This document shows positions 49,904-59,837 of a stretch of 64,000 nucleotides of DNA, piece after piece (within the stretch, counting starts at the first letter, position 1; each line of letters begins with the position of its first letter). This DNA is from Candidatus Sulfomarinibacteraceae bacterium (GTDB taxonomy: Bacteria; Acidobacteriota; Thermoanaerobaculia; Thermoanaerobaculales; Sulfomarinibacteraceae), in the NCBI GenBank assembly GCA_963796455.1, contig CAWCLO010000004.1, forward strand, positions 768,001 to 832,000, written 5' to 3'. Below the pieces are notes generated by a model, which made no database searches, had not been told where the DNA came from, and saw nothing but the letters and a program-made list of their open reading frames with translations. The translations under genes and the position numbers were made by a program.

Positions 49904-50800
49904 CGCTGGATGCTGGATCACTGCTGTCCAAAACAGATTGTCATGAAGTTGCCCACCTGACAACACGTGGATTACGGGTTGGTTTTTGGCATATCCGGTT
50001 CGTGGTTCGCAGGTACCCGATCCCGATCCCGAATCGCAGCGGCAGCGACAGGCAGCAGCGAACAGGGACAGCGACAGGAAACAGCGGTCAGCGATCAGTA
50101 GTCAGCGATCGGCGGCAGCGGTCATGAGTCCATGCGACGAAGTGGCCACCTCCGGGTCGTTCAACAGAAGGAGTATCCGGTGGGCGTCCGATGTCAAGGA
50201 CAGGCAGGGTGCAGGGCATCCTTGACATCGGCCGCCACACCGGCTTGTGGGTATGGGCATGAACGACCCGGAGGTGACCATGTCCAACGCCGCCGCGAAC
50301 ACCAACCTCGTTGCCCACTCGAAAGCCCTCGAAGCAGCAGGTATCGCTATCAAGCTCGTGATGAGGGTTCCAGCTCCGCTGAAATCCATAGCCGATCAGG
50401 TGATCCGATCGGCGAGTTCAGTCCCTGCGAACCTGGCAGAAGGCCACGGCCGATTCGGTAGAGACCGGTTGAACCACTGGAGAATCGCCTACGCCTCGGC
50501 CAAAGAGGTCGACAGCCACTTGCAGCTCCTCGCCCACGCCGGGGCGATCAGCCCGAACGGAGCCGGTGAAGCGATGAACGCCTTCGATCACGTCCGTGCG
50601 ATGACCTGGCGTTTACTCAACCCAAAGTCTTGATTTCAGGGCTCCATACCAGTCAAACGTGACGCTGACTTCTGTTCGCTGACGCTGAACACTGATCGCT
50701 GTTCCCTGTCCCTGACGCTGGCCCCTGTCGCCGTCCCTGAACGCTGTCCGAAACACTGTCTTGGACAAGATCGATCCTCCGCCTTGAATCCAGCATCCAG
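49904..50800. mobile_element. Putative inverted-repeat-bounded element carrying a four-helix-bundle gene
   Basis: Nested inverted arms CTGGATGCTGGAT/ATCCAGCATCCAG, TGTCCAA/TTGGACA and CAGCG-rich (50037-50124)/CGCTG-rich (50660-50746) tracts; interrupts an otherwise tightly coupled operon. Confidence 0.55.
50280..50633 (+). CDS. Four-helix-bundle protein (23S rRNA intervening-sequence protein family, TIGR02436-like)
   Basis: ADQVIRSASSVPANLAEGHGR..HWRIAYASAKEV; RBS GGAGGT before ATG 50280. Confidence 0.9.
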   Translation: MSNAAANTNLVAHSKALEAAGIAIKLVMRVPAPLKSIADQVIRSASSVPANLAEGHGRFGRDRLNHWRIAYASAKEVDSHLQLLAHAGAISPNGAGEAMNAFDHVRAMTWRLLNPKS

Positions 50801-50894
50801 AAAACGGGCGGTTTGGAAGATATCCGAGCTTCGTGCGTAATCCTCTTCATGAACGAATTGCTAAGATGGTTCTCTCAACTCCGGAGGTGAAGTC

Positions 50895-52388
50895 ATGGGG
50901 TTCACGATCCTGATAACTGCGTTGATCGTCATTCCGGTCCTGCTCTTTTTTGCGTATCTGGTGATCCGGGTTCGTTATAAAAAGGCTGGGCCCGATGAGG
51001 CATTGATCGTCTTCGGTCGGCGGAGGATCTTCGGCAAAAAGGTCCGCTCGGAGAAAGGCGAGATCGAAGGATTTCGCATTATCCGCGGCGGCGGAACCTT
51101 TGTGTGGCCGGCGTGGGAACAATACGAGGTGTTGTCGCTTCGGATGATGACCCTCGAGATCGACATGCCGCACGTCTACACGATCCAGGGCATTCCCATC
51201 AACGTGAAGGCGGTGGCCCAGGTCAAGGTCCAGGGCGATATCGGACACATCCGAAGCGCCGCCGAGGGCTTTCTTGGCATGCCGGTCGATGACATCCAGG
51301 CAACCATCAAGGAAACAGTTGCCGGTCACCTCCGCGGGATCGTCGGAACCTTGACGGTCGAGGAGCTCTATCGAGACCAGCGTCGTTTCCAGGAGAAGGT
51401 CCGCGAGGAAGCCCACGTCGATCTCGAAGGAATGGGCTTCGAATTCCGTTCCTTTGTGTTCCGGGCCATCCAGGACGACCAGGGCTACCTCAATGCGCTC
51501 GGTCAGCCCAAGATCCAGGAAGCGCTCAAAAACGCCCGAATCGCCACCGCCGGCGCCGACCGCGATGCCAAGATCGAAGAGGAGCAAGCGCGGCAGCAGA
51601 AGGAACAGAAGCGGATCGGTGTGGACACCGAAATTGCCGAGGCCGACAAGGCATTGAGCCTCAAGGTCGCGTCCATCAAAAAGGAAGTCGATGTTGCCGA
51701 CGCCATGGCGATCAAGGCGGGCGAGATGGAGCTCAAGGTTCAGGATATCCAGATCGCCGATCAGGAGGTCAAACGGCAGAAGCTCGAACTCAATGCCTCG
51801 ATCCGCGAACAGGCGGACGCCAAAAAGTACGAGGCCGAACGCCTGGCCGATGCGAAGAAGTACACCGTCGAACAGGAAGCCACGGCGGAGCGGCTACGCA
51901 GAGAGCAGGCGGCAATGGCGCTGCAGGCCGAGGGTATTGCGAAGGCCGAGTCCGAGTCCGTCCAGCGCCGACAGATCGGTCTCGCCGAAGCCGAGGCGAT
52001 CCAGGCCAAGGGCGACGCGGAGGCGGGAGCCCGACGCAAACTTGCCGAGGCCCTCAAGCTCTACAATGAGGCCGGTCTTTCGATCGAGGCCCTCAAAGTA
52101 CTGCCCGAGATCGCTGCGGCGGTCTCCGAGCCCCTCGCCCGTGCCGGCGAGACAACCATCATCTCCACCGGAGGCGGCCCGGGTGACGGCACGGGTGCCG
52201 CTCGTCTGACCGACGATGTGATTCAGGTTCTCTCGCAGCTCGGGCCGGTAATGAAACAGCTCTCAGGCGTGGATCTGGACAATCTACTGCAAGACCTCGC
52301 CCGTTTGCCGGGAGCGGTTGCCGACAAGGCGAAAACTAAACCCGAAACGGCCGCCAAGGACGCCGGTAAGGTCTTCGGTTCGGACTAG
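50895..52388 (+). CDS. Flotillin family protein
   Basis: N-terminal TM, RYKKAGPDEALIVFG, GHLRGIVGTLTVEE, IQDDQGYLNALG, AEA-rich coiled coil. Confidence 0.92.
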   Translation: MGFTILITALIVIPVLLFFAYLVIRVRYKKAGPDEALIVFGRRRIFGKKVRSEKGEIEGFRIIRGGGTFVWPAWEQYEVLSLRMMTLEIDMPHVYTIQGIPINVKAVAQVKVQGDIGHIRSAAEGFLGMPVDDIQATIKETVAGHLRGIVGTLTVEELYRDQRRFQEKVREEAHVDLEGMGFEFRSFVFRAIQDDQGYLNALGQPKIQEALKNARIATAGADRDAKIEEEQARQQKEQKRIGVDTEIAEADKALSLKVASIKKEVDVADAMAIKAGEMELKVQDIQIADQEVKRQKLELNASIREQADAKKYEAERLADAKKYTVEQEATAERLRREQAAMALQAEGIAKAESESVQRRQIGLAEAEAIQAKGDAEAGARRKLAEALKLYNEAGLSIEALKVLPEIAAAVSEPLARAGETTIISTGGGPGDGTGAARLTDDVIQVLSQLGPVMKQLSGVDLDNLLQDLARLPGAVADKAKTKPETAAKDAGKVFGSD

Positions 52389-52396
52389 AGGGAACG

Positions 52397-53515
52397 ATGA
52401 GTCAGCGCAAGCTCAACGCCCTGCTCTTCGAGCTCCAGACGGCAAATTCGCCGCTTGCTCAGGCCAAGATTCTGGCCCGAGCCTGGCGAACCGTCCGCGA
52501 GCTCAGCCCGACGGACCGCAAGTTGCTTGCGCGACATGCGGGATTCGATGGGGCCGGCGAAATCCTGGAGGGAATCTCGACGAAAAAGGGCGGGATGGCA
52601 CCGGCCATGTTGCTCCGGGCTCTGACCGACGCACGGAATGCCGACGGATCGACCGTCCGCAATCTGCTGGATGGTCTGCGCGATCCCGAGCGACGCGAAG
52701 AGACGGTGGCCGGCGGCCTCGATTACGCGGCTGAGCTGCTTCGAAAACCGGGTGAAGATGAGCCCGCACCGGGGGTCGAAGAGGCTCTGGGTCAGCTCCA
52801 GGCGGTAGAGTCAAAGGTGGAGGAGACGCCTGAAGAGGCCCTGGCCGCTCTCGGGGCCTTGGATATCAAGGGAGAGGCCGCCGAGACCGAAGCACAGGTC
52901 CCCGAGGCGGCGACGCCCGCCGAACCCGAGCCGGTGCCGGAGGTGACCCCGGAGTTCAAGTTGACGATGAAGCCGCCGGCGCTCCCGATACCGCCACCGC
53001 CGCCGGCAAAGGTTCGTGCAAAACCCGAACAACAGGCCGTCGACTGGAGCCGCTGGCAATCTGGGCCAGAAAAGGAACGTCCCGCTCCGACCCCGAGACC
53101 CGATGCTCCGGCTACGGGACAACACGCCTCCGTACCCAGTTTTGATGCCAGGAAAGTGCTCGAGGCCCTCGGTGCGGAGGGGTCGGTCTTTTCGCGTCTG
53201 CGGGTGCTTCGCCGGGAGCTCCAGGGTTTCAAGGGCTCGAGCCTCGAGACGGTACGCAATTTGGTCGAGGTCTTTCCTCCAGGGTGGGCGCGGCGCCGCG
53301 CGCTGTCCGCGCTCCTCGAAGCGGGGATTCCCGAGAACACCGGCGACGCGGTGGATCTGGTGGGGGATTTTGATCGCGAGCTCGATCGGCGCTGGTGTCT
53401 CGGCATCCTCGCGCGCTCAGGCAGGCTTCGCGGCCAGGAACTCGAGCGTGCCCTCGATATGCTCGAGTCTCCGGCAGCCAGGCGAAGGATCGAGTCTGCG
53501 GCCGAGGTGGGTTGA
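52397..53515 (+). CDS. Hypothetical protein with central Pro/Glu-rich linker
   Basis: 372-aa ORF with RBS, co-oriented 8 nt after flotillin. Confidence 0.72.
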   Translation: MSQRKLNALLFELQTANSPLAQAKILARAWRTVRELSPTDRKLLARHAGFDGAGEILEGISTKKGGMAPAMLLRALTDARNADGSTVRNLLDGLRDPERREETVAGGLDYAAELLRKPGEDEPAPGVEEALGQLQAVESKVEETPEEALAALGALDIKGEAAETEAQVPEAATPAEPEPVPEVTPEFKLTMKPPALPIPPPPPAKVRAKPEQQAVDWSRWQSGPEKERPAPTPRPDAPATGQHASVPSFDARKVLEALGAEGSVFSRLRVLRRELQGFKGSSLETVRNLVEVFPPGWARRRALSALLEAGIPENTGDAVDLVGDFDRELDRRWCLGILARSGRLRGQELERALDMLESPAARRRIESAAEVG

Positions 53516-53520
53516 GACGC

Positions 53521-55323
53521 CTATTCAGGCGTGCTGTGCATCCGCAGCAGTTCTTGAAAGCGGGGGTCGTCGCGAATCGGATCCCAATCGGGGTCGAGCC
53601 GGAGGTTTGAAACGGACAACCAACCCGGCGTTCGCAGTGATTTTTCAATCCTCTTGACCGCCTGGTAGGGTTCGTCGACCCAGGCGTAGATCTTGGCCAG
53701 CCGGACGAGGTGGCTGTGGCCGGCCATGGCGTCGGACGTGACCGGCAGGAGCTCGACCGCCCGTTCCCCGGCCTCGATTGCCTGGGCCTTGTCGCCCGTC
53801 AACGCATAGGCCCATCCAAGTGCCGCGTGAATCGCTGGATCTCCGGGTGACAGATCTCTCGCGTGTTGCAGGTACTCAAGAGCCGCGCCGCAGCTGTCGA
53901 TGGAAGGCCCCGAGGCCCCGGCGAGCACGTCAACTTCGCACTCAACGAGAACCCTCGGGAGCATGGCCTCGTCGATCGGATCGGGGATCAACTCGCCCGC
54001 CGTGGCGAGCGCGTCCCGTGCCGCGTCGAAGTCACGCTCGTACTTGGCCTGTTCGTACCAATACAAGAGTTGTTGGCTTGGATCCTTATGCGGCATGGCC
54101 TCGATCATCCGTCGCGATTCCTCGAGCGATCCGTCACGGGCCCGGACGATTCTCGCGTAGAAAACATAAGGATAGATGTCGTCGGGTGCCATTTCGACGG
54201 CCCTCCGACAGAAGTCGATTCCGTTGGACCAGCGTCTCATCCGTCCATAGGTCGAGGCGATGTCGAGTACGTAGATATCGCTTTCCGGGTCGAGATCGGC
54301 TGCCCGACTGAGTGCAACGACCGCTTCCTCCCACCGACCCTGGCGTCGAAGGACGACGCCCATTGCGGACATGATCTCGGGATCGTTCGGTCGGCCGTTG
54401 GCGGCCATGCTGAACTCGGTGAGTGCCTGTTCGTAGTTGCGCTGGCCCCAATAGTAGTAATACCCGAGCGCACGATGGCCGTCGGGCAGGTCCGAATTGA
54501 TCTCGAGCGCGCGGTGGGCCGAACCGATCGCCCCCGCCAGACGCTGCGGCGACCGGTCGTAACGAAAATGGAATGTCAGACTGTGGCTTTCGCTCAGGGC
54601 AGCGTGGGCTGCCGCAAAATTCGGATCGAGAGAAACCGCTTCCTGGAAAAACCTTTCGGCAGTGGCTATCTCCTGGCGTTCAAAGCTCCCTTCGTGGAGA
54701 ATCCCTCGCAGAAAAGCCATGTAGGCGTCCATATTGTTGGTGGGACGGTCATCTACGGCCTGCCGTTCGGATTCGTCAAGAGTGATCCGCATATTGTCGG
54801 TCGCGGCGTGGACGACGCTGGATTGAACTGAAAAGACATCTTCCATGGGACGACGAAATCGTTCGTTCCACACGACGTTTCCGTCCGTCGCGTCGATAAG
54901 AGACGCCTCCATCACGAGCTCTCGGCCTTCGGCGGACTCGTGATCCCACAGGACGGAACCGGTCAAAATGTAATCGACGCCAAGATCCTGTGCGATCTCG
55001 TGCACGGGTCGGGACCCCTGTTCCGAGTCGATATTCGGGTGGGAGACCACTCCGAGGTCTGAAATCGCCCCCAACCGATCGGTGATTTCCTCGGTCATCC
55101 CGACGGTCAGAAAAGCGTCTTCGGTAACGCCGAGGTTGTGGAATGGCATCACGACGATCCTGGTCACGTCGGTGCTCTGAGTCGGAACGACAGGTGTCTG
55201 GCTCTGGTATCTCTTACACGCCGGAGATCCAGTCAGCAGGATGGCGATGGCGGTCGAAAGCAGAACGCCGCGAATCGTTCCCCGAGCAAACCGGCCCGAG
55301 CGGTCAATTCGCGATTCACACAT
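53521..55323 (-). CDS. TolB-like N-terminal + TPR protein, possible lipoprotein
   Basis: IVVMPFHNLG..GMTEEITDRL..LGVDYILTGSV, PTNNMDAY, TPR repeats, LRLDPDWDPIRDDPRFQELL; start uncertain (ORF extends to 55407). Confidence 0.8.
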   Translation of the reverse strand: MCESRIDRSGRFARGTIRGVLLSTAIAILLTGSPACKRYQSQTPVVPTQSTDVTRIVVMPFHNLGVTEDAFLTVGMTEEITDRLGAISDLGVVSHPNIDSEQGSRPVHEIAQDLGVDYILTGSVLWDHESAEGRELVMEASLIDATDGNVVWNERFRRPMEDVFSVQSSVVHAATDNMRITLDESERQAVDDRPTNNMDAYMAFLRGILHEGSFERQEIATAERFFQEAVSLDPNFAAAHAALSESHSLTFHFRYDRSPQRLAGAIGSAHRALEINSDLPDGHRALGYYYYWGQRNYEQALTEFSMAANGRPNDPEIMSAMGVVLRRQGRWEEAVVALSRAADLDPESDIYVLDIASTYGRMRRWSNGIDFCRRAVEMAPDDIYPYVFYARIVRARDGSLEESRRMIEAMPHKDPSQQLLYWYEQAKYERDFDAARDALATAGELIPDPIDEAMLPRVLVECEVDVLAGASGPSIDSCGAALEYLQHARDLSPGDPAIHAALGWAYALTGDKAQAIEAGERAVELLPVTSDAMAGHSHLVRLAKIYAWVDEPYQAVKRIEKSLRTPGWLSVSNLRLDPDWDPIRDDPRFQELLRMHSTPE

Positions 55324-55496
55324 CGCGCCGTCCAGCCCGAAGAAGCTTGCTCGGCAATTGCTAGGAAATCTGTAGTGGTGTGGCATCGTTTTCGGTCCCC
55401 GGCACAATCGTTCCTTGTGCCAAAGATCATAGCGCAGAGTTCTACAACCGGCCTCAGTTTTGCGGGCATTTCGCCGAAATTTTACTTTCGACCCGA

Positions 55497-57686
55497 TCAG
55501 GTGGTCGGTGTGCCTGCGTTCCGCAATCTCTCGGCGAGCAAGGTGTGCCTGGTGCGGACGGTAGCATTGTGAATTGCCCTGGCAAGCGCCCGTCGCGACC
55601 CGACAATCACCACCAACCGTCGTCCACGGGTAATCGCTGTGTAGAGCAGATTGCGCTGCAACATGACATGGTGCTGGTGGTGGAGAACGATTACCACCGC
55701 GGGATATTCGCTTCCCTGACTTTTGTGAATTGTGCAGGCGTAGGCAGGCACGATGTCCTCGAGTGATTCGGGTGGCACGATGACCCGGCGGCCATCGAAT
55801 TCGGTGGTCAACTGCCGCTCGCGGTGGTCGATGGCGAGGATCCGTCCGAGATCGCCATTGAATATGTCGAGGTCATAATTGTTGCGGACCTGCATGATCT
55901 TGTCGCCGACTTTGAATCGCCGCCAACCAACGACCAGCTCGCGGCTTCCCGGTGTCAACAGCTCCTGCAGACGTTCGTTGAGGCGGGTCACTCCGAGCTC
56001 ACCCCGGTGCATCGGCGCAAGAACCTGGATGTCCCTGATGGGATCGAGCTTGAAGTGTTCAGGGATTCGGGTGGTCACGAACTCGATGGCGAGTTCGGCG
56101 GCCTCGGCGGGATCGTCACGAGCGACAAAATAGAAATCGCTGTCGCCGTCGTCGTTTTCGATCTTCGGCATGCCACCGGAGTTGACCCGGTGAGCATTGT
56201 CGACGATCAGACTGCGCCGGGACTGACGGAAGATGTGTTCGAGCCGGATCACCGGAAGCGAGCCCGATTTGATCAGGTCGGCGAGGACGTTGCCGGGGCC
56301 GACTGAAGGCAACTGATCTGCGTCCCCGACGAACACGAGTCTGCATCCAGCCGGAATTGCCTCCATGAGGGCAGCCGCCAACTCGATGTCGAGCATCGAA
56401 ACCTCGTCGATCACCAGACAGTCTGCGGCGATCGGATTATCGCGGTTGCGGCTGAATTGCCTTGTCTTTGGATTGAATTCGAGCAACCGGTGGATCGTTT
56501 TTGCTGCCAGGCCGGTAGATTCCGTCAGCCGTTTGGCCGCGCGGCCGGTTGGCGCCGCCAGCAGGACACAAAGCTCTTTGCGTCCGAGAATCTGCACGAT
56601 GCCGCGGACCAGGGTCGTCTTGCCGGTGCCGGGGCCACCGGTGATCACGACCATTTTTTCCCGCAAAGCGGCTATCAGGGCTTCTCGCTGGCGGGTGGCG
56701 AGGCGGATATTGGCTTCCCCCTGATACCAGGAGACCGCGGTATTGATGATGATCGGTGCGCAGGCGTCCGGTCGTTCCAGGATGGCCGCGAGTGTGTACG
56801 CGACAAGCTCTTCGGCCTCGGCGAGACGCGGCAGGTAGATCGCAGGGCTTTCGTTCTGCCTCGGATGGATCACGACCATGCGTCTCGCGACGAGTCCTGC
56901 GAGGGCCGACGGGAGTGCTTCGGATGAAATCTCGAGCAGGTTTGCGGCGTTGGCCAGCAGCTCCTCTTCGGGGAGAAAGACGTGGCCCTGACCGGCCGCC
57001 TCCTGCAGTGAGTGGAGGATACCGGCTTCTATGCGTTCCGGGGCGTCGGCGGCGATTCCGAGCTGACGTGCAATACGATCCGCGGTCAGGAATCCGACGC
57101 CGAACACCTCCTCGGCGAGCTGAAAGGGATTGGACCGAACCACTTCCAAAGCCGCGGGGCCGTAGCGGCGAAAGGCCTTGACGGCGATCCCGGGCGCGAC
57201 GCCGTGCCCGGTGAGGAAGATCATCACCTGCTGGATGCCGCGATGTTTCTCCCAGGACTCCCGGATGCCCTCGAGCGTGGCGTTGCCGATGCCGCGAATC
57301 TTCAGGAGCCGCTCGAGGTCGGTGTCGAAAACGTCCAGCGTTTCGAGACCGAAGGCCTCCACGATCTGGGCGGCACGTTTGGGCCCGACGCCGCGGATCT
57401 TTCCCGAACCCAGGAAGCCGCGCAGGCCTTCGAGGGTTGAGGGCGCGATCTGAACATAGGATTCAGCCTCGAACTGCTCGCCGTACCGAGGATGGTTGAC
57501 CCATCGCCCGCTGAGGCGGAGCTGGTCGCCCTGGTGCGCGCCGAGAAGGGGGCCAATCGCCGTCAGCGCCGGTTTGTCGTCGGGTTGAAGCCTTACAACG
57601 CACCAACCGTTCTCTTCGTTGGCGAACAGAACGCGTTCAATCCGGCCTTCAGCCGTCTCTCGCTCCTCTGATCTTGTACCGAGCAT
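55497..57686 (-). CDS. recD2: ATP-dependent RecD2 DNA helicase
   Basis: N-terminal OB/HhH (HPRYGEQF, GVGPKRA), GGPGTGKT, IDEVSM, GDADQLPSVG, TIHKSQGSEY, LYTAITR; ORF extends to 57710. Confidence 0.93.
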   Translation of the reverse strand: MLGTRSEERETAEGRIERVLFANEENGWCVVRLQPDDKPALTAIGPLLGAHQGDQLRLSGRWVNHPRYGEQFEAESYVQIAPSTLEGLRGFLGSGKIRGVGPKRAAQIVEAFGLETLDVFDTDLERLLKIRGIGNATLEGIRESWEKHRGIQQVMIFLTGHGVAPGIAVKAFRRYGPAALEVVRSNPFQLAEEVFGVGFLTADRIARQLGIAADAPERIEAGILHSLQEAAGQGHVFLPEEELLANAANLLEISSEALPSALAGLVARRMVVIHPRQNESPAIYLPRLAEAEELVAYTLAAILERPDACAPIIINTAVSWYQGEANIRLATRQREALIAALREKMVVITGGPGTGKTTLVRGIVQILGRKELCVLLAAPTGRAAKRLTESTGLAAKTIHRLLEFNPKTRQFSRNRDNPIAADCLVIDEVSMLDIELAAALMEAIPAGCRLVFVGDADQLPSVGPGNVLADLIKSGSLPVIRLEHIFRQSRRSLIVDNAHRVNSGGMPKIENDDGDSDFYFVARDDPAEAAELAIEFVTTRIPEHFKLDPIRDIQVLAPMHRGELGVTRLNERLQELLTPGSRELVVGWRRFKVGDKIMQVRNNYDLDIFNGDLGRILAIDHRERQLTTEFDGRRVIVPPESLEDIVPAYACTIHKSQGSEYPAVVIVLHHQHHVMLQRNLLYTAITRGRRLVVIVGSRRALARAIHNATVRTRHTLLAERLRNAGTPTT

Positions 57687-57733
57687 CGCTGGAGATTGTA
57701 CGGCAATCACGCAGCTTTGTGGCGTTTTCCGGT

Positions 57734-58327
57734 CTACTCGGTGCCAGCAAAGCCCATCGAGAGTCGAATATTGTGTGCGTTCTCTGCGTCTGTGAGAGCC
57801 TCGAGTAGCGTCAGTGCGACCTCGATGGCGGTTGCAGGTGACGTGGAAGTCACGACATTTCCGTCGCGAACGATTGACTGCGAAGACACCTCGACCCCGA
57901 AATCGGCAAGTTGGCGCATTCGCCGGCCGTCGCCGAGATGATAGGTGGTGGCGCGGCGGCCCTTCAGAACACCCGAGTTGGCGAGCGGGAGCGCACCGAC
58001 GCAGATCGAGGCGATGGGCATCGACCGTTCGTCGAAGGCCCGGATGAGATTCGAGACGCGTTCCGAATAGGCATCGTCGTAGAACCCGTGTTCTTCGAAT
58101 CCACCCGGAACCGCCAGGGCGTCAAAGGATTCCACATCCACCTCGTCGACCAGCACATCGGGGAGGATGCGCAAACCGAAAGTACAGCGGACCTCCCTTT
58201 CGAGCCCGGCGGTCACCACCTCGATCGGTTCCGATCCTTCGGTGGACGCCCAGCCGAGCACGTCGAAGAAGGCAGCCGTTTCGAAGACCTCGGCGCCTTT
58301 TGGTATCAACAACAGCACTCGTTTCAC
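57734..58327 (-). CDS. DJ-1/PfpI family protein
   Basis: GAEVFE, AVPGG, ASICVGA, GRRATTY. Confidence 0.9.
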   Translation of the reverse strand: MKRVLLLIPKGAEVFETAAFFDVLGWASTEGSEPIEVVTAGLEREVRCTFGLRILPDVLVDEVDVESFDALAVPGGFEEHGFYDDAYSERVSNLIRAFDERSMPIASICVGALPLANSGVLKGRRATTYHLGDGRRMRQLADFGVEVSSQSIVRDGNVVTSTSPATAIEVALTLLEALTDAENAHNIRLSMGFAGTE

Positions 58328-58355
58328 TGCGAGTCTCCTTGACCTATTACTTGGA

Positions 58356-58889
58356 TCAGCCGTCTTCGGCTCGGCAGTAGTGGAGAGTCACGACGCCGTT
58401 TCCCGAGCGATGTGTTCCGACGAGCTGGAGGGACTGGCGTTTTCCGGGATCGACGAAAAGCGGGATCCCATCGCCGAGAACGACCGGTATGACAGTGATG
58501 ACGAACTCGTCGATCAGATTCTGCGCGCGGAACGAACCGGCCAGTTGGCCGCCGCCAACCAGCCATGCGTGGCTAAAGCCTTCGGCCTCGATTTCGGCAA
58601 GCACCTCCGCCGGTCCCTCGGGGCTGATCGAGATCTCGAGACGGGTGGGCTGTAAGGGACGATCGCTCATCACCCAGCACCGTTTGTCGTCATAGGGCCA
58701 GTCGCCAAAGCCCAGGACCTGTTCATAGGTTGTACTGCCCATGACCATGGCGTCGATCGACGCGAAGAAATCCGCATAGCCGAAATCTTCGCCCTCTACG
58801 CTGACGTCCTCCAACCAATCGAGTCCGCCATCGGGGGTGGCGATAAAGCCATCCAGGCTGCAGGCCACATAGTAGGTCACCGTAATCAT
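58356..58889 (-). CDS. Dihydrofolate reductase/RibD C-terminal family protein
   Basis: ACSLDGFIA, MGSTTYE, WLVGGG, PVVLGDGIPLF. Confidence 0.9.
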   Translation of the reverse strand: MITVTYYVACSLDGFIATPDGGLDWLEDVSVEGEDFGYADFFASIDAMVMGSTTYEQVLGFGDWPYDDKRCWVMSDRPLQPTRLEISISPEGPAEVLAEIEAEGFSHAWLVGGGQLAGSFRAQNLIDEFVITVIPVVLGDGIPLFVDPGKRQSLQLVGTHRSGNGVVTLHYCRAEDG

Positions 58890-59365
58890 GTGCCGTCCTT
58901 AGCCAACATATGTTCCGGCATCTGCACTGTCACCACCTCGCCTCGAGCGCAGAGTTGCCCCTCCGCCGTTACGGTGGCCGACACAATGACCTTTCGTCCG
59001 CGGATTTCTTCGACCTTGCCACGAATCGTCAACGGCACACCGATCGGTGTCGGTCGCAGATAGTCGACCTTCAGTGATGCCGTCACAAAACGAAAGGGTG
59101 GGTCGGAATCCATCTCACGACCGGCGTCACGGTACGACGCCGCGGCGGCGGTCCCGGTACCGTGGCAATCGATGACCGACGCGATCAGACCGCCGTACAC
59201 GTAACCGGGGATCGCCATATGGCAGGGCTCCGGGGTGTAGTGGGCGACCGTCTCGTCGCCGTCCCAGAAACTTTTGAGCTGATGTCCGTGCTCATTGAGC
59301 CGGCCGCAACCATAACAGTGGCTCAGTTCGTCGGGGTAATAATCCTGAAACGCCTTTTCCTTCAT
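58886..59365 (-). CDS. PaaI-family thioesterase
   Basis: HCYGCG..YGGLIASVIDCH..VTASLKVDYLRPTP; start at ATG 59365. Confidence 0.87.
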   Translation of the reverse strand: MKEKAFQDYYPDELSHCYGCGRLNEHGHQLKSFWDGDETVAHYTPEPCHMAIPGYVYGGLIASVIDCHGTGTAAAASYRDAGREMDSDPPFRFVTASLKVDYLRPTPIGVPLTIRGKVEEIRGRKVIVSATVTAEGQLCARGEVVTVQMPEHMLAKDGT

Positions 59366-59399
59366 ACGCTGCCTTCCCAAATTTGCGGACGGTCCGAGG

Positions 59400-59783
59400 T
59401 CAATCCTTGACGATGTCGCACACGTGCGACGCGACCAGCTGTAAATTGTTGTGGCGACGCGCGTAAACGTCAAGAAAGCGAAGTTCGTGTTCGAAACTGT
59501 GCTCACCGTATCGACCACGAATCGACGCAGCGCCGCGGACCAGGACGGTGTCGGACCACGATGTACTTTCGATCTCGTGGACGCCGAACGAGTCGAGCTC
59601 CACGCCCCCCGGTCCATAGGCCTCGAGATACATCTCGCGGCCGTGAACCCTGCCCCCGGCATCGCAACCCTGGTAGTCTTCCGCGACGTGTCTTCGCAGC
59701 GGCTCCACGTCGTTTTCCAACATCGCCTGGCGGATCTCTCCGAATATTTCGAGTGCCTGTTTGGTGTTGCTCGAGTCGGTCAT
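59400..59783 (-). CDS. NTF2-like DUF4440 protein
   Basis: ENDVEPLRRHVAEDY..RFLDVYARR..LVASH. Confidence 0.78.
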   Translation of the reverse strand: MTDSSNTKQALEIFGEIRQAMLENDVEPLRRHVAEDYQGCDAGGRVHGREMYLEAYGPGGVELDSFGVHEIESTSWSDTVLVRGAASIRGRYGEHSFEHELRFLDVYARRHNNLQLVASHVCDIVKD

Positions 59784-59837
59784 GAGCGCTCCTTTTGCAT
59801 GACGCCCTTCAGCTTAGCAAGAAGTTGCGTGAGATTC

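Noticed and set aside
50280..50633. Diversity-generating retroelement (Avd-like gene)
   Set aside because: No reverse transcriptase and no template/variable repeat pair with adenine-specific differences in the window.
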